Under the pieces are notes generated by a model, which was not told the DNA's origin, searched no databases, and worked only from the letters and a program-made list of their open reading frames with translations. From Azolla caroliniana (lineage: Eukaryota > Plantae > Polypodiophyta), in NCBI GenBank assembly GCA_043228905.1, contig JBHGNT010000006.1:5704001-5768000 (forward strand): a stretch of 64,000 bases of DNA, given 5' to 3'. This document shows, in pieces, positions 23,479 through 35,419 of the stretch; position 1 is the first letter of the stretch, and each line of letters starts with the position of its first letter. Made by a program: the position numbers and the translations under genes.

Positions 23479-26400
23479 TGTCGTGAAGAAAACCGTCCGC
23501 GAGTGGAATCGGTGCGCCGGAGCATAGGAACCGGCTCTTCATGCACGTACGCCTTACGTTGTACATAAGGGAGAATTAGGGACATAGAAGATCCTTGGTA
23601 GGTAGATTCGGTAGGTAGGAAGTTAATAGGAAACGGCTCCTTCCTTGCCTATAAAAGGAGGGAGACGAGGAGGGGGAAGGGGATCGCGAAGAGTCGAGGA
23701 CGAAGTGCTGTCGGGCTGTTGGTCGAAGGCTTCTCTCTCTTCCATACTCTCCATAGCTTCTTTCTGTGCAGGTTTCGTGAGGCTCGCGCTGCTCTGAGGA
23801 ATGCCCGAGTGCTTCCGGCAGCACCTCCAACCTACTCCTTCCTTTCTGCGCGTTTGCGAACAGGCATCGGCATTTGTTCGCCGGCCTGTTCGACTGTAAC
23901 AGACTTCGTGTTTTGTTGTTTGTCTCTGTTAATATATACTTACATACCGTTGTGCCTCTCTGTGTTGGCTTCCACGCTCGCGTCTTCGTGTCGAAGGGCC
24001 GTGTCCCTGTGGATCTACGCTCGCACGTAGTGGGTCTCTTCTCCTTTCTCTCTTGCTCTTCAGTACAGGACCCCCGAGGTCCCGCCTCATTCCACGCATC
24101 CACGAGGAATACCTCGACATCTTGGTGAACCCGACGTGAAGGAGGCGGCAGAAGAGCAGAAGATGAAAGGGTCGGATCTTGCGGAGGCCATGGCTTCGGC
24201 CGTGGATCGGATACTGAGCGCACGCGAGGGCTCCGGCGCCCTCGACAGAGCCATTGAGGCGGTCGTTGGTACGATCGGCCGGTTCAACGGAAAGGATGCC
24301 ACGAAGTATTTGGTGTCCTACGGGGCAGAACTGCTGATGCGGGACATTCCGGAAGAGAGGCGTCTTGCCGGGTTCCCTCGAGTGGCGATGCCGAGAATCC
24401 ATGCGGAGGTGCTCGAGGTGCGGGCGGAGAGCCGTACCTGGGAGGAGTTCGAAGGTCCACTCCTAGAAAAATACGGGTTAGACGACGCGCTCCGGCTTTC
24501 GAAATGGGACTTCATGGAGTGGGTGGAGTCCCCCGGCAAGGGAAGAAACGCGTCGACACTCCTCCGAGAGTACGAGGAACGCTTTGCGCGCCTTTCGGCG
24601 CTTGACCGAACCGTTCTGGATACGAGCCGGGTCCTACTGTTCGTCAAGTCAGTGGACGAGCGGGACCGGGATCAAGTCGGCTCCTTGCTGGAAACCAAAG
24701 ACGGGCTGACGATATTGATATTCACGGTACCGCATGTACCGTGGAATCTCAAGCCGATTCCGGTACCAAGAGCTCACATCCCGGAGTTGATGGAGCTACT
24801 GAGGCAGAAAGTCGATATGGGTATTCTCGAACCGTCGAGCGCGCCATACTCGAACCGATGGTTTACCGTACCAAAGAAAAACGGAGCATTGCGCTTCATT
24901 CAGGACTTGCAGCCGGTCAACAGAGTGACCATTCGGAACGCAGGAATCGGACCGACCATAGACGAGTTCGCGGAGGCCTTCGCCGGAAGGTCGATTTACT
25001 CGGTCGGTGATCTGTACTCGGGGTACGACCAGTTCCAGCTAGCCGTGGAGAGCAGAGACATTACGACGATGCGAACTCCCCTCGGCCTAGTGCGAATGTG
25101 TACCCTGCCACAAGGAGGGACCAACTCGGTGGCCCACATGGTGAATGAAATGAACAAGGTACTGAGGGATTGCATCCCGGACATCACCATGCCATTTCTG
25201 GACGACATCCCGATAAAGGGGTGCTCGGTGGAAGAGAAGGACGGGACAGTCAGGCCCGACGGATGCCGGCGATTCGTGGCAACACACATCGGCGACTGCG
25301 AGAAGGTGCTACAAAGGCTAGAGGATGCGAGGCTCACCTTCTCCGGGGAGAAATCGGCCTTCGGGCAATCAGAAATCCTGGTGGTCGGACACCTGTGTGG
25401 ACCGTATGGCCGGAAGCCGTCTCCGGCAAAGGTAGAAGCAATCTCCGCGATGAAGACCGACTGTAGCTCGGTTACGGAAGTTCGGAGGTTCCTGGGGGCA
25501 TGCGCATTCTACCACATATGGATCCCGCATTACGCCCACGTTGCGGAGCCGCTATACGGGTTGCTGAAGAAAGGGCGAAAATTCGAGTGGCGAGACTAGC
25601 ACACGGAGTCGGTCCGGAAGCTGAAGGAAGCTCTTGCGGCAGCACCGGCGCTCCGGAAGGCTGTCTACGAGAAGGGTACCCCGGTATACATAACGGTGGA
25701 TACGAGTCCGACCGGGATCGGATGGGTCGTCAACCAAGAAGACGGGGGCGGCATTCGGTTCCCGATCCGATTCGGCGCGAAGGTCCTCAGTGAGCGACAG
25801 CGAGGGTTCGCCCATGTTAAACGCGAACTCTGGGGTATCGTTTCGGCAGTAAAGGCCGACAAAGACTACCTGATCGGGACGGAAGTGATTATCGAGACGG
25901 ATTGCCTGCCAATTCTCGGCATGGTTTCCGGATGCGCGACACCGGACCTTGCGATGCTCAGGTGGATAGCGTACATTAAGTCCCTGGATCCGGAAATACA
26001 GCACATTTCCGGAAAGGACAACGCCATGGCCGACATGCTTTCGAGGGCGACGTTTGATGACGAGGGCGGCATGGTTTCGGAGGACGAAGAAGTCGGTGTG
26101 GACTTCTTCGAGGCGGCGTACGTGACTACCGATGGGAGGAGCACTCTGGCACTTAACGACTTCGACGAGAGCAAGTACGACGGCGAGTGGCTCCAGATCA
26201 GTGGATTTTTGAGGACAATGACGCCGGATGCGTCATGGACAAAGGACGAGGCCAACCGGATCTGGAAGAAAGCTTACTGATTCTTTCTCCGGGATGGATA
26301 CTTATGGAAGCACCCGAAGAAGAGGAACGGCGTCCCGCTCCGGGTGGTGGCGATGAAGGAAGATCAGGAGGAGTTATTGACGGCTTACCACGACAACCCT

Positions 26401-28245
26401 TGGGCTGGTCACCGTGGAACGTGGGCCACGTTCGAGAAGATAAAGGGGAAGTACTAGTGGCCGGGACTGTACCGGGATGTGCATCGGTTCGTAACAACTT
26501 GCGAGAGCTGTCAGATGCACTCCATTGTCCGACATCGGGACGGGCTTCACCCTACGTACCCTCCGACCATCCACTTCAAATGGATGGTAGATCTGGTGAC
26601 GATGCCGATGGGAGTAGGACAGATGCGGTATCTGGTCCTGGCTCGGGAAGATCTGACGAACCAGGTAGAAGGCCGGGCCCTTCAGAACAAAACGACCGCG
26701 GCCGTATGTCGGTTCCTGATTGAGGACGTGATATGCCGGTACGGGTGCGTCGGGAAGATTGTGGCTGATCGCGGGGAGTTGGACGCCGAAGAGGCCAAGG
26801 AGTTGTTCGACCGGTTAGGAGTCAAGCTCTCGCTTACCACTGCGTACAATCCGGAGGCGAATGGGAAGGTGGAGCACGGACACGGACCGATCGTCAAGGC
26901 GTTAGTTCGGGCATGCGGAGGACAAGTCGGGAACTGGCCGTGGCTGCTGCCTTACGCGTTGTGGGCGGACCGAACTACGCACAGTTCGGTAACCGGATTC
27001 ATGCCGGCAGAGCTCATGTTTGGGCAGAAGCCGGTCATGCCGATGGAACGTACGATATCCTCGTGGGCAACCGTGGACTGGAGAGACGAGATGAGCCGGG
27101 AGGAACTATTGGCGGCGCGTATACGGCAGCTCGAGCGAAGACCGGAGGACGTGGAGCAAGCTGTGGAAAAGCTTCGGGTGGCAAGGAAGAGGAACAAAGC
27201 CCGGTTCAACCGGACGCACCGGATCCGACTGAAGAAGATCGAGGAAGGCGACTGGGTGCTAGTCCACGACAGCAGCCTCAACAACCAGCACCGAGCGACA
27301 CGGAAGTTCACAAGAAGGTGGTTCGGGCCTTACGTGGTACAAAGCACCAACGACAACGGGACGTACCATCTGGCGGAACTCGACGGTACGAGAATGGCGA
27401 TACCGGTAGTTGGGAAGCGGATCAAAGCGTTCAAGAAGCGTCACGATGATGAGCCGGATCCGGATAACCTGGACCGGGACGACGAACGATCTGAAACCGA
27501 AGAAGAACCGATGGGCGGGGAATAAAGGCTGGACCGGTTTTCTCCGTCCCAACTCAATTTGGCGCATGCCGGTGGATGCACGGTTAGGTGGGGGCGGATG
27601 TCGTGAAGAAAACCGTCCGCGAGCGGAATCGGTACGCAGGAGCATAGGAACCGGCTCTTCATGCACGTACGCCTTACGTTGTACATAAGGGAGAATTAGG
27701 GACATAGAAGATCCTAGGTAGGTAGATTCGGTAGGTAGGAAGTTAATAGGAAACGGCTCCTTCCTTGCCTATAAAAGGAGGGAGACGAGGAGGGGGAAGG
27801 GGATCGCGGAGAGTCGAGGACGAAGTGCTGTCGGGCTGTCGGTCGAAGGCTTCTCTCTCTTCCATACTCTCCATAGCTTCTTTCTGTGCAGGTTTCGTGA
27901 GGCTCGCGCTGCTCTAAGGAATGCCTGAGTGCTTCCGGCAGCACCTCCAACCTACTCCTTCCTTTCTGCGCGTTTGCGAACAAGCATCGGCATTTGTTCG
28001 CCGGTCTGTTCGGCTGTAACAGACTTCGTGTTTTGTTGTTTTTCTCTGTTAATATATACTTACATACCGTTGTGCCTCTCTGTGTTGGCTTCCACGCTCG
28101 CGTCTTCGTGTCGAAGGGTCGTGTCCCTGTGGATCTACGCTCGCACGTAGTGGGTCTCTTCTCCTTTCTCTCTTGCTCTTCGGTACAGGACCCCCGAGGT
28201 CCCGCCTCATTCCACGCATCCGTGCGTGCGTGGAATACCTCGACA
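23479..28245 (+). mobile_element. Element G: Trp-PBS non-chromovirus Gypsy (Phygy/Selgy-like), internally deleted; LTRs 23479-24119 and 27599-28245
   Basis: Direct LTRs TGTCGTG...CCTCGACA, TSD GCGT (23475-78 / 28246-49), PBS 24123-24140, PPT AGGTGGGGGCGGA. Confidence 0.92.
24163..27525 (+). pseudogene. G gag(N-terminus)-RT-RH-INT single-frame polyprotein lacking protease, with 3 in-frame stops
   Basis: ORFs 24136, 25696 and 26479 share one frame; stops at 25597, 26278 and 26455. RT core PFLDDIPIKG, integrase H-H-C-C and GPY. Confidence 0.88.
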
Positions 28246-29008
28246 GCGTGCGTGGAGAAAGGCGGGACCACGGGGGTCTTGGACTATTGAGCGATGGAGC
28301 GTAGGAAGTCGTGCTTCACTGTTTCCGGGGCATCCCAGAAACACACCGGAAGCAACTGAAGGGAGAGAGAGAGATTAACACTAACTCACGCACACACACA
28401 CACGCACACACACACAGCCACACACTCGTACACACAGCTCAACTCGACTCGCGCCTTATGTACAAAAAACACAGGAGAGGGTAAGCACCCGACGCCAACA
28501 ACGACGCGAATATACACAGACAAACGTAAACGTATATGTATGTATATATATGAAGAATACATTCCCGGCTTCGAGCCGGACCAAGATAGCTTACAACAGT
28601 CGTCTGATGTCAAGCCGCCGTCGGGGAGCTCTCGGGCTCGTCGCGCCGAGCGGGGTCTTGCACAGGAGATGAGCTGCAACAAACCCTAAGCGAACACGAA
28701 GGAGAAGAAGAAAAAGAAGAAGAAGCTAACTCTAATCCTAACGGTATACCCTCTAATGCAAAATGGGCAACGCTTTCACAAAGGCTGTTCCCTTCCTTTT
28801 ATAGAACAAGGAAAGGGATGCTTTACAATGTGGGACAAATCCCGCCTTACATGGGATCGTCTGCCCTGACTTGACTACTCTTCGGCGCCATAAAGGCGCC
28901 CTTGATATTCACACTAAATGTACATGGGTGCGTACACACGCTGCACCCCGCCGATGTAGCCAATGTTTCCCGGTTTCCGCTTGTGGACGAAAATCTTCAC
29001 GACAACGT

Positions 29009-30014
29009 GAATGTCCGAATCAAGTACACAATAAAATAGAGTAGAACAAGACAACTCGGATATTGATGGACACGAGGAACAATCAAGAGGGATTGTTTTT
29101 TGACACATTGAATAAAATGAGTACAATCATTCAGTACAAAAGTTATTGAATGATGAACCCAATCAATAAATAAAGAAGAGTTTTTATTATAAAACCAGGG
29201 ATAACCCAATATTACATCGGTGGTACAAAGATTCATTACATGGAAGTCTACTTCCTCTATATAAGTATCAATAGAAATTCCTAATGAATGAATCGCCCCG
29301 TTGATGTATTGTACTCTTCCATCAGCCAAGTGCACCGTGTAGGTGTGATCAATTACGGTGGGTTGGATTCCCCATATCTTAACCAAACGAGCCATTAACA
29401 AAACAAGTTATTAACCAATTGTCCCCTTCTAGACCTGATTTTTGGATTTGGGTTCTAGCATGGTGAACATAGTCTTCTAGCGAGGAAAACTTCCTACTAG
29501 AGAGGTTCATTAAAGCTTGTGTTGCCTCGGTTCGAGAGGGAGGTTGCAGAAATTGGCCCTTGAAAACTGTGACAAAATCTGTCCAGGTATCGGGCAATTT
29601 CCCCAAAGTACGGAGCCCACGCCACCAGGCGGTGGCCTTACCCCCTAGTTCTCGACCGACATATGCAATCTTTGTACTATCTGGCGTGGGATAGAGCTCA
29701 AAATGAGACTCCCATCGGCCCAACCACGTGCAAATTGCTTCTTTGGTTCTTTCCTTTTTTTCTCTCGTAAATGGCTTAACGACAAATGATGGTTCACCTT
29801 GTCGCTCATCAGGTCTATTAGTCTCACGTTGTAAACTAATGACATGTGCCTCGAGAGCACTTTGAGATTGCCAAAGTTCGGTCATCTGTTGAGCGGTGAA
29901 ACTAAAGTATTGGGTTATTTGCGAAAAATACATCTCAGTGGACATTTGTCCAGGAGGATTTCCTTGAGTTCCTTCCGCTTGAGCGGATGACATCGGGTCG
30001 TTATTTTGAGCCAT
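29009..30014 (-). pseudogene. Element D gag and partial protease region
   Basis: WLGRWESHF...LGGKATAWW...TWTDFVTVFKGQF retrotrans-gag signature, followed by DVILGYPW. Confidence 0.8.
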
Positions 30015-32132
30015 TAAATGATTATTTCTAGAAAAGAAATAGGATAAGGTCAGAGAGATAGTCATAACATCATGTCGTGATGTAAACATATCATGGGTGA
30101 ACATTAATTCATATCATTATCTCACGTCAATACCCCTCTAGACGTATGAGATGACGTTCAAGATCAGGTTACTATGGTAACACAAAGGTGTTTTAAAAAC
30201 CATGGGGGTGACAAATGAATGTCTTTCCCTGATCTCTATATCGATTTTATATGGCAGCTCCCCAAGGCTCAACCATGTATGCTCACGTCATGAATAGTTT
30301 ATACACGAAAAAAATGTTAACAATAAACTATGTTTCGGTGCCCACATATGTGGTTTCGGCTCTTTAAGTCCTATTACGCGGACCCCAAAGTGCACTTAAA
30401 CCTCAAGTCTAAACATGTGTTATAGTCATATGTATCAACGATGTGGTATGGTCTTGGTCATATTTGAACTTGAGACCTCGAGAACAAATGCATTAAACAG
30501 TTGAGCCAACCAAGCAGGTTGCTATTCTTGAATGTTTAATGTTTCATGCGTATAAGAGATGTGTGAGGCATTTGCCCATTACATATGTTCTTTTAAAAGA
30601 AACATATATGTCAAGAGTCCTTATGTCCCCCTCAATTACTACAACTATGTTGGTACATTACCTACCCTCAAGTCTCGTAATTATGATGGCATACGCCAAA
30701 GTGCAACCTAATGGTCAAGCCAAATGAGCCCTCTTTTCGTAGTAGGCCCACGTGGCCCATCACATGGTCATGTCATTACGAATGCCTCTCGTAAGAATGA
30801 TCTCATGGTGGCATCGTATCCATGTAATGAGGGAGGGATGTTGGATATGTATGGCATAGGAGCGACCTCACATGAAGTGGGTCAAGCCCTACGTACTCAA
30901 CATCATTATGGCTATAGGCGTTTCTTTATGTAACGAAATATCGAAGTCACCAACGGGGATTTCAACAATAAAAAATTGTTGAAAAAAGGGATGGTGACAA
31001 CGCTATTCTCATAAATTCCTCGAAAAGGAAAACATACGATTTAAAATCACATAATAACTTATATACACATATGTATATTATCACATATATACGATCAACT
31101 ACGTATACATGTGACCACATATGCCTATATTAAAGAAATCCTTATATTTAATAGCCAAAAATGACGTAATCGAGGCATATACCTCTACGCACACTAGACA
31201 TCCAAAAATAAGGGTTAATCATAATACGCAGTTGAGGTATTGACCTCTTACGCATACGAGACCAAACACATATCATTTACAACGAATCGAGGTATTGACC
31301 TCATACGCAAATGTAGCATATGTTTGTGAATGTAATACGCAATTAAGGTATTAACCTCGTGTGCATACGACACTCATCACATATTCAATATACGTCAAAT
31401 GAGGTATTGACCTCATACACATATGTAAACGTTTTATACAACCAATGAATTACCACTACAACATCATTGAATTAATGAAAAAAATCTACATATTAACTAT
31501 ACACATGATTAGATGAGAGAGCAAAAAATAGACAAAAAAACAAGAAAGATTACCGAAGTTCCTTTGTTGATCCTTGTCTGCATGAAGGCCGACCGCACGT
31601 AGATCGATCGCCATCAATCAAAAACACAAAAGACAACAAAAGATACATTAGAAAATGAGCTTTGATACCAACTATTAGAGACATGAACTAATGTAAGCAT
31701 TAGATAAGGATAGAATATAGATCTAGATAGAAAGGAGAGAGAGAAAGAAGGGTGTTGATCCACCCGACCACCCCCATGCGAAGGGATCGAGACGGACTCG
31801 AGCCTCGATCGACGTCCCATACCACCGTCGTGGCGTCGAGTCGTACCTGGTGTTGGCGCGCTCGCGACAAGAGTTGACCTACCACAAGGCAGAGTCTCGA
31901 CGTAGTCAACCAAATGATGAAATGAGGGTAGCTAGGCCTCTTGTTTATAGCGATACGCAAGGCCCCCAGGCAAGTTCACACTTGGCCTAATGGGTTGTCT
32001 CAATCCCGAGGATTAAAAGTAATCCTCCCCTTCTTTACACTCTCGTTTAACCCTCACACTTATCCACGTGTATAGAATACTACGGTAAATTGTGACCACG
32101 GGATATTAGATGGTCATGCCCGTAACACCCAG

Positions 32133-33942
32133 AGTTGAGAAAGCACTCACATCGTCAAATAAGAAACTCTGTCACTCCACCTAAGAGAAGAATTCGGTTA
32201 GCCGATTCAGCTACAACGACTATATGGCATACCACCATGCCTTTATGATGAAGGTGGCAGCAGTTTGAGAACCGGAGAGCTTTGTCGAAGTCACTAAAGA
32301 TCCTCAATGGGTCGAAGCGATGAACGAGGAGATGCAAGCTCTCAGCAAGAATGAGACATGGGATCTCGTCCCTCACTCACCGTATAAGAAGGCAATCGGC
32401 TACAGATGGATATACAAAGTGAAGTATAATGTCGACGGTTCCGTCAACTGCTACAAAGCTCGACTCGTAGCAAAGGGCTACACACAAACACAGGGTGTCG
32501 ACTATGAAGAGACCTTTGCCCTGGTGGCAAAGATGACAACGGTGCGAACCGTGATAGCGCTTGCAGCAGCGAAAGGGTGGCACCTCCACCAGATGGATGT
32601 CAAGAACGTTTTTCTTCAAGGCGAATTAGAAGAGGAGGTGTACATGGTACAACCACCCGGCTTCGAATCCAACATTCATCCGAAAGCCATTTGCCGACTC
32701 AAGAAGCCTCTCTACGTCCTTAAGCAAGCACCACGTGCTTGGCACTCAAAGATAACACAATATCTTCATCGAATCGGCTTTCGAATGTCAAAATCCGACA
32801 ATTCTCTCTATGTAAGAAGTGATTCCAAAAGTCTGATCATCATCATCCTGTACATGGATGATCTGGTCATTGGAGGTGAGCATCTAGTCAACATCAACGA
32901 GGTCAAATCCCTCCTTTCCAACAAATTCGAGATGACGGGCATGAAAGAGCTCCATTACTTCCTTGGCATCGAAGTAATTTGGACTCCATCCGGGATTATG
33001 ATCTCCCAACGACACTACATTCTCAACTTTGTATACAAGTTCGGGATGACAGAGTGCAAGTCTGTGGCAACACATCTTGACCGAAACCTCAAACAAGATG
33101 CCAATTCTGGCACCATAGAGTGTGAGCTGACTCAGTATCGACAACTGATTGGTAGTCTTATCTACCTCACGATCACTTGACCAGACCTAAGCTATCCGGT
33201 CGGCCTTCTTAGCCAGTTCATGCAAACGCCACGAGATATCCATTTGGATTGTGCTAAGAGAGTGCTACGATACGTGAGCGGAACGATGGACTATGACATT
33301 CTCTACAAGTCGGCCACGCCAATTCAACTCGAGAGGTACACAGATGCCAACTGGGCAGGCTACAAAGCCGACCGACGATCAACCTCTGGTTTTGTCTTCT
33401 CCCTCGAAAGTGGAGTCATCTCCTGGAGTAGCAAGAAGCAACCAACCGTCGCTCTTTCGAGCACAGAGGCCGAATATAGGGGCGTGGCGGTGGCTGCATG
33501 TGAAGTCGTATGGCTCAAGAGGATATTAAAGGATTTGGGCGTTCCCATCAAAGATCCGATTCTCCTTTACTGCGACAACATGAGCAGTATTTATTTGGCT
33601 CGGAACCCGGTGTTCCACGCACGCACGAAGCATATAAAAGTGCACTATCACTTCATTCGAGACCGTGTTCAGGCTGGCGATGTCGACCTTCAACATATGT
33701 CTACGTCTTCAGACAACCAACATCTTCACCAAAGCCCTAGGAGCCGACAAGCTTCGGCAATTCCTGTCAGACCTTGGGTTGACGGTCCTTGACTTGCCAA
33801 GCTTGAGAGGGAGTACAAACGAAAACCGTTGGATACCGTCCGAACCAGATACGAGCCGGATGTATCGAATACCATCCGAACCGGATACGAGCCGAAGCAG
33901 ACATCAACCAAAGCAGCCGACCAAAATTGAGCTTGAGGGGCG
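32133..33942 (+). pseudogene. Copia C RT-RNase H and 3' UTR
   Basis: YKARLVAKG, HQMDVKN, LYMDDLV, YTDANWAG, EAEY, with a stop at 33178 and a terminal frameshift. Confidence 0.9.
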
Positions 33943-35419
33943 TGTTGAGAATCAAGCTCAACCTAGTCTAGTGTGTGGACACACCCTTGAGAATGTGCAC
34001 TCAATGGTCAAAAGTCACCACTCTTATCTACACATAACTAATGAGTTTTCACATTCCCCATGACCCATGAGCTTCGGTAGTTAATGAAGAGAGAGAGTGA
34101 CTATATAAAGCACTCTCCTCCTACTTTGTAATGTTGTCAATTAATCTCCTTTGTAATATACATCTTCTTGACTATTCTATTGTCTCTTAGAAATCTATCT
34201 TTTGTTTCTCTCCTCTAACTCTCTCTCTCTCACACACATAACGCACATCTCTCACCTATTCCGCTACACAAGAATCATACCCGATTCTTTACATCTGGGT
34301 TTTGTAATTCAAACCATGGTAATCCTAAAACAATGGGATGTTCTAGGATATTTATTATATTAAATGATACTACACACGCTAAATTATCTAGGACAATATT
34401 AACTGGCTCTGACTCTTCTATGATATTTCCGGAAGCAATGGGAAGACCATCAATGACTACTACGGAGGCTGGACAATGGAGTTTTCTTAGGGATATCTGC
34501 TGAGCTTGGGCAAATTTCCTATCCATGAAGCAAGAATTAGCTCCGAAATCTAAGAGTGCTAAGACATGTACTGGAGGGGTACTTTTAGTACTAACTGTTA
34601 CTTGAGCTAAGAACACATTGCTAACTTGCTTAGAGGGAATGGAACCACTAATGGGCTGCACAGATCTAGGGTTGTCCGACTAAACGGCTCGGACTATTTT
34701 GGCTAGACTTAGTCGTTTAATTCTTCTTCTAACTAACTAAGGACATCAACTTTGTTCAATAGATTTGGGTTATTAGTACTATTAGGATTATTAGATATTC
34801 CTACTGAAATAGACTAGAGTTTAGTACAATTAGAACTAGTGACTATTTGGTTTACCTGTCTTCTTGGCTTATGGGGACAATTCATTGCAAAATGCTCTGG
34901 TCCACCGCAATAGAGACATAGTCGATTTGCTTGACGTCGCTACTTTTCCTCTTCCAATAATGGTCTGCAACAACATGTGGTGTCGATTTCCATCAGAGTT
35001 GAAGTATTTGCTAGAGATGCATTATATGACTCCCTTGGAAAAGGTTTTGCTACAACTAAGGCGTAGGTGGGCTCTAATCTTGTCCTTGGCATCTGGAACT
35101 GACGTTCCAAACGTCGTTCGAAAAGACGGTTATCGCATCGCACCGCACGATTGATTGCTTCTGTCAATGACTTTGGCTCTTCGGGGAAAGTTAAGAGTAA
35201 ATCCTTGACATCATTACATAAGTCAAAACGAAATTGCTCCATTAATGCCTGATCATCCTAGGGAATATCAATGGTGAGAAGACGGAAATCCGCAGCATAA
35301 GCCGAGGCCGGCCGCTCACCTTGGCGCAATCTTCAGATTTTGTTGATTGTCGGCCTAACATTGTAGGTATCTCCAAAACGGGCTTTAAACTCACTAATAA
35401 ACTCTTCGAAATTATTTAA

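Larger units (their letters stand above)
23459..29004 (-). mobile_element. Solo LTR F (A/M-type; 23459-23478 + 28250-29004), split by element G
   Basis: TGTCGCG...CTTCACGACA termini, 4-bp TSD ACGT (23455-58 / 29005-08), strong similarity to the A 3' LTR. Confidence 0.85.
13805..32127 (-). mobile_element. Element D: degenerate chromodomain-containing Gypsy with PBS-Met; 3' LTR 13805-14259, 5' LTR 31673-32127
   Basis: 455-bp direct LTRs, TSD CCCGG/CCCAG, PBS (TGGTATCAAAGC on minus) at 31659-31670, PPT GAGGGGGAGTA. Order is gag-PR-RT-RH-INT-chromodomain (PERILD...KW...ATWE at ~14330-14440). Confidence 0.9.
10257..34293 (+). mobile_element. Element C: degenerate Ty1/Copia; 5' LTR 10257-11147 (interrupted), 3' LTR 33943-34293, PBS-Met 11148-11158
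   Basis: LTRs TGTTGAG...CTTTACA, PBS TGGTATCAGAG, PPT before 33943. Domain order is gag-PR-INT-RT-RH. Host K sequence resumes after 34293. Confidence 0.9.
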
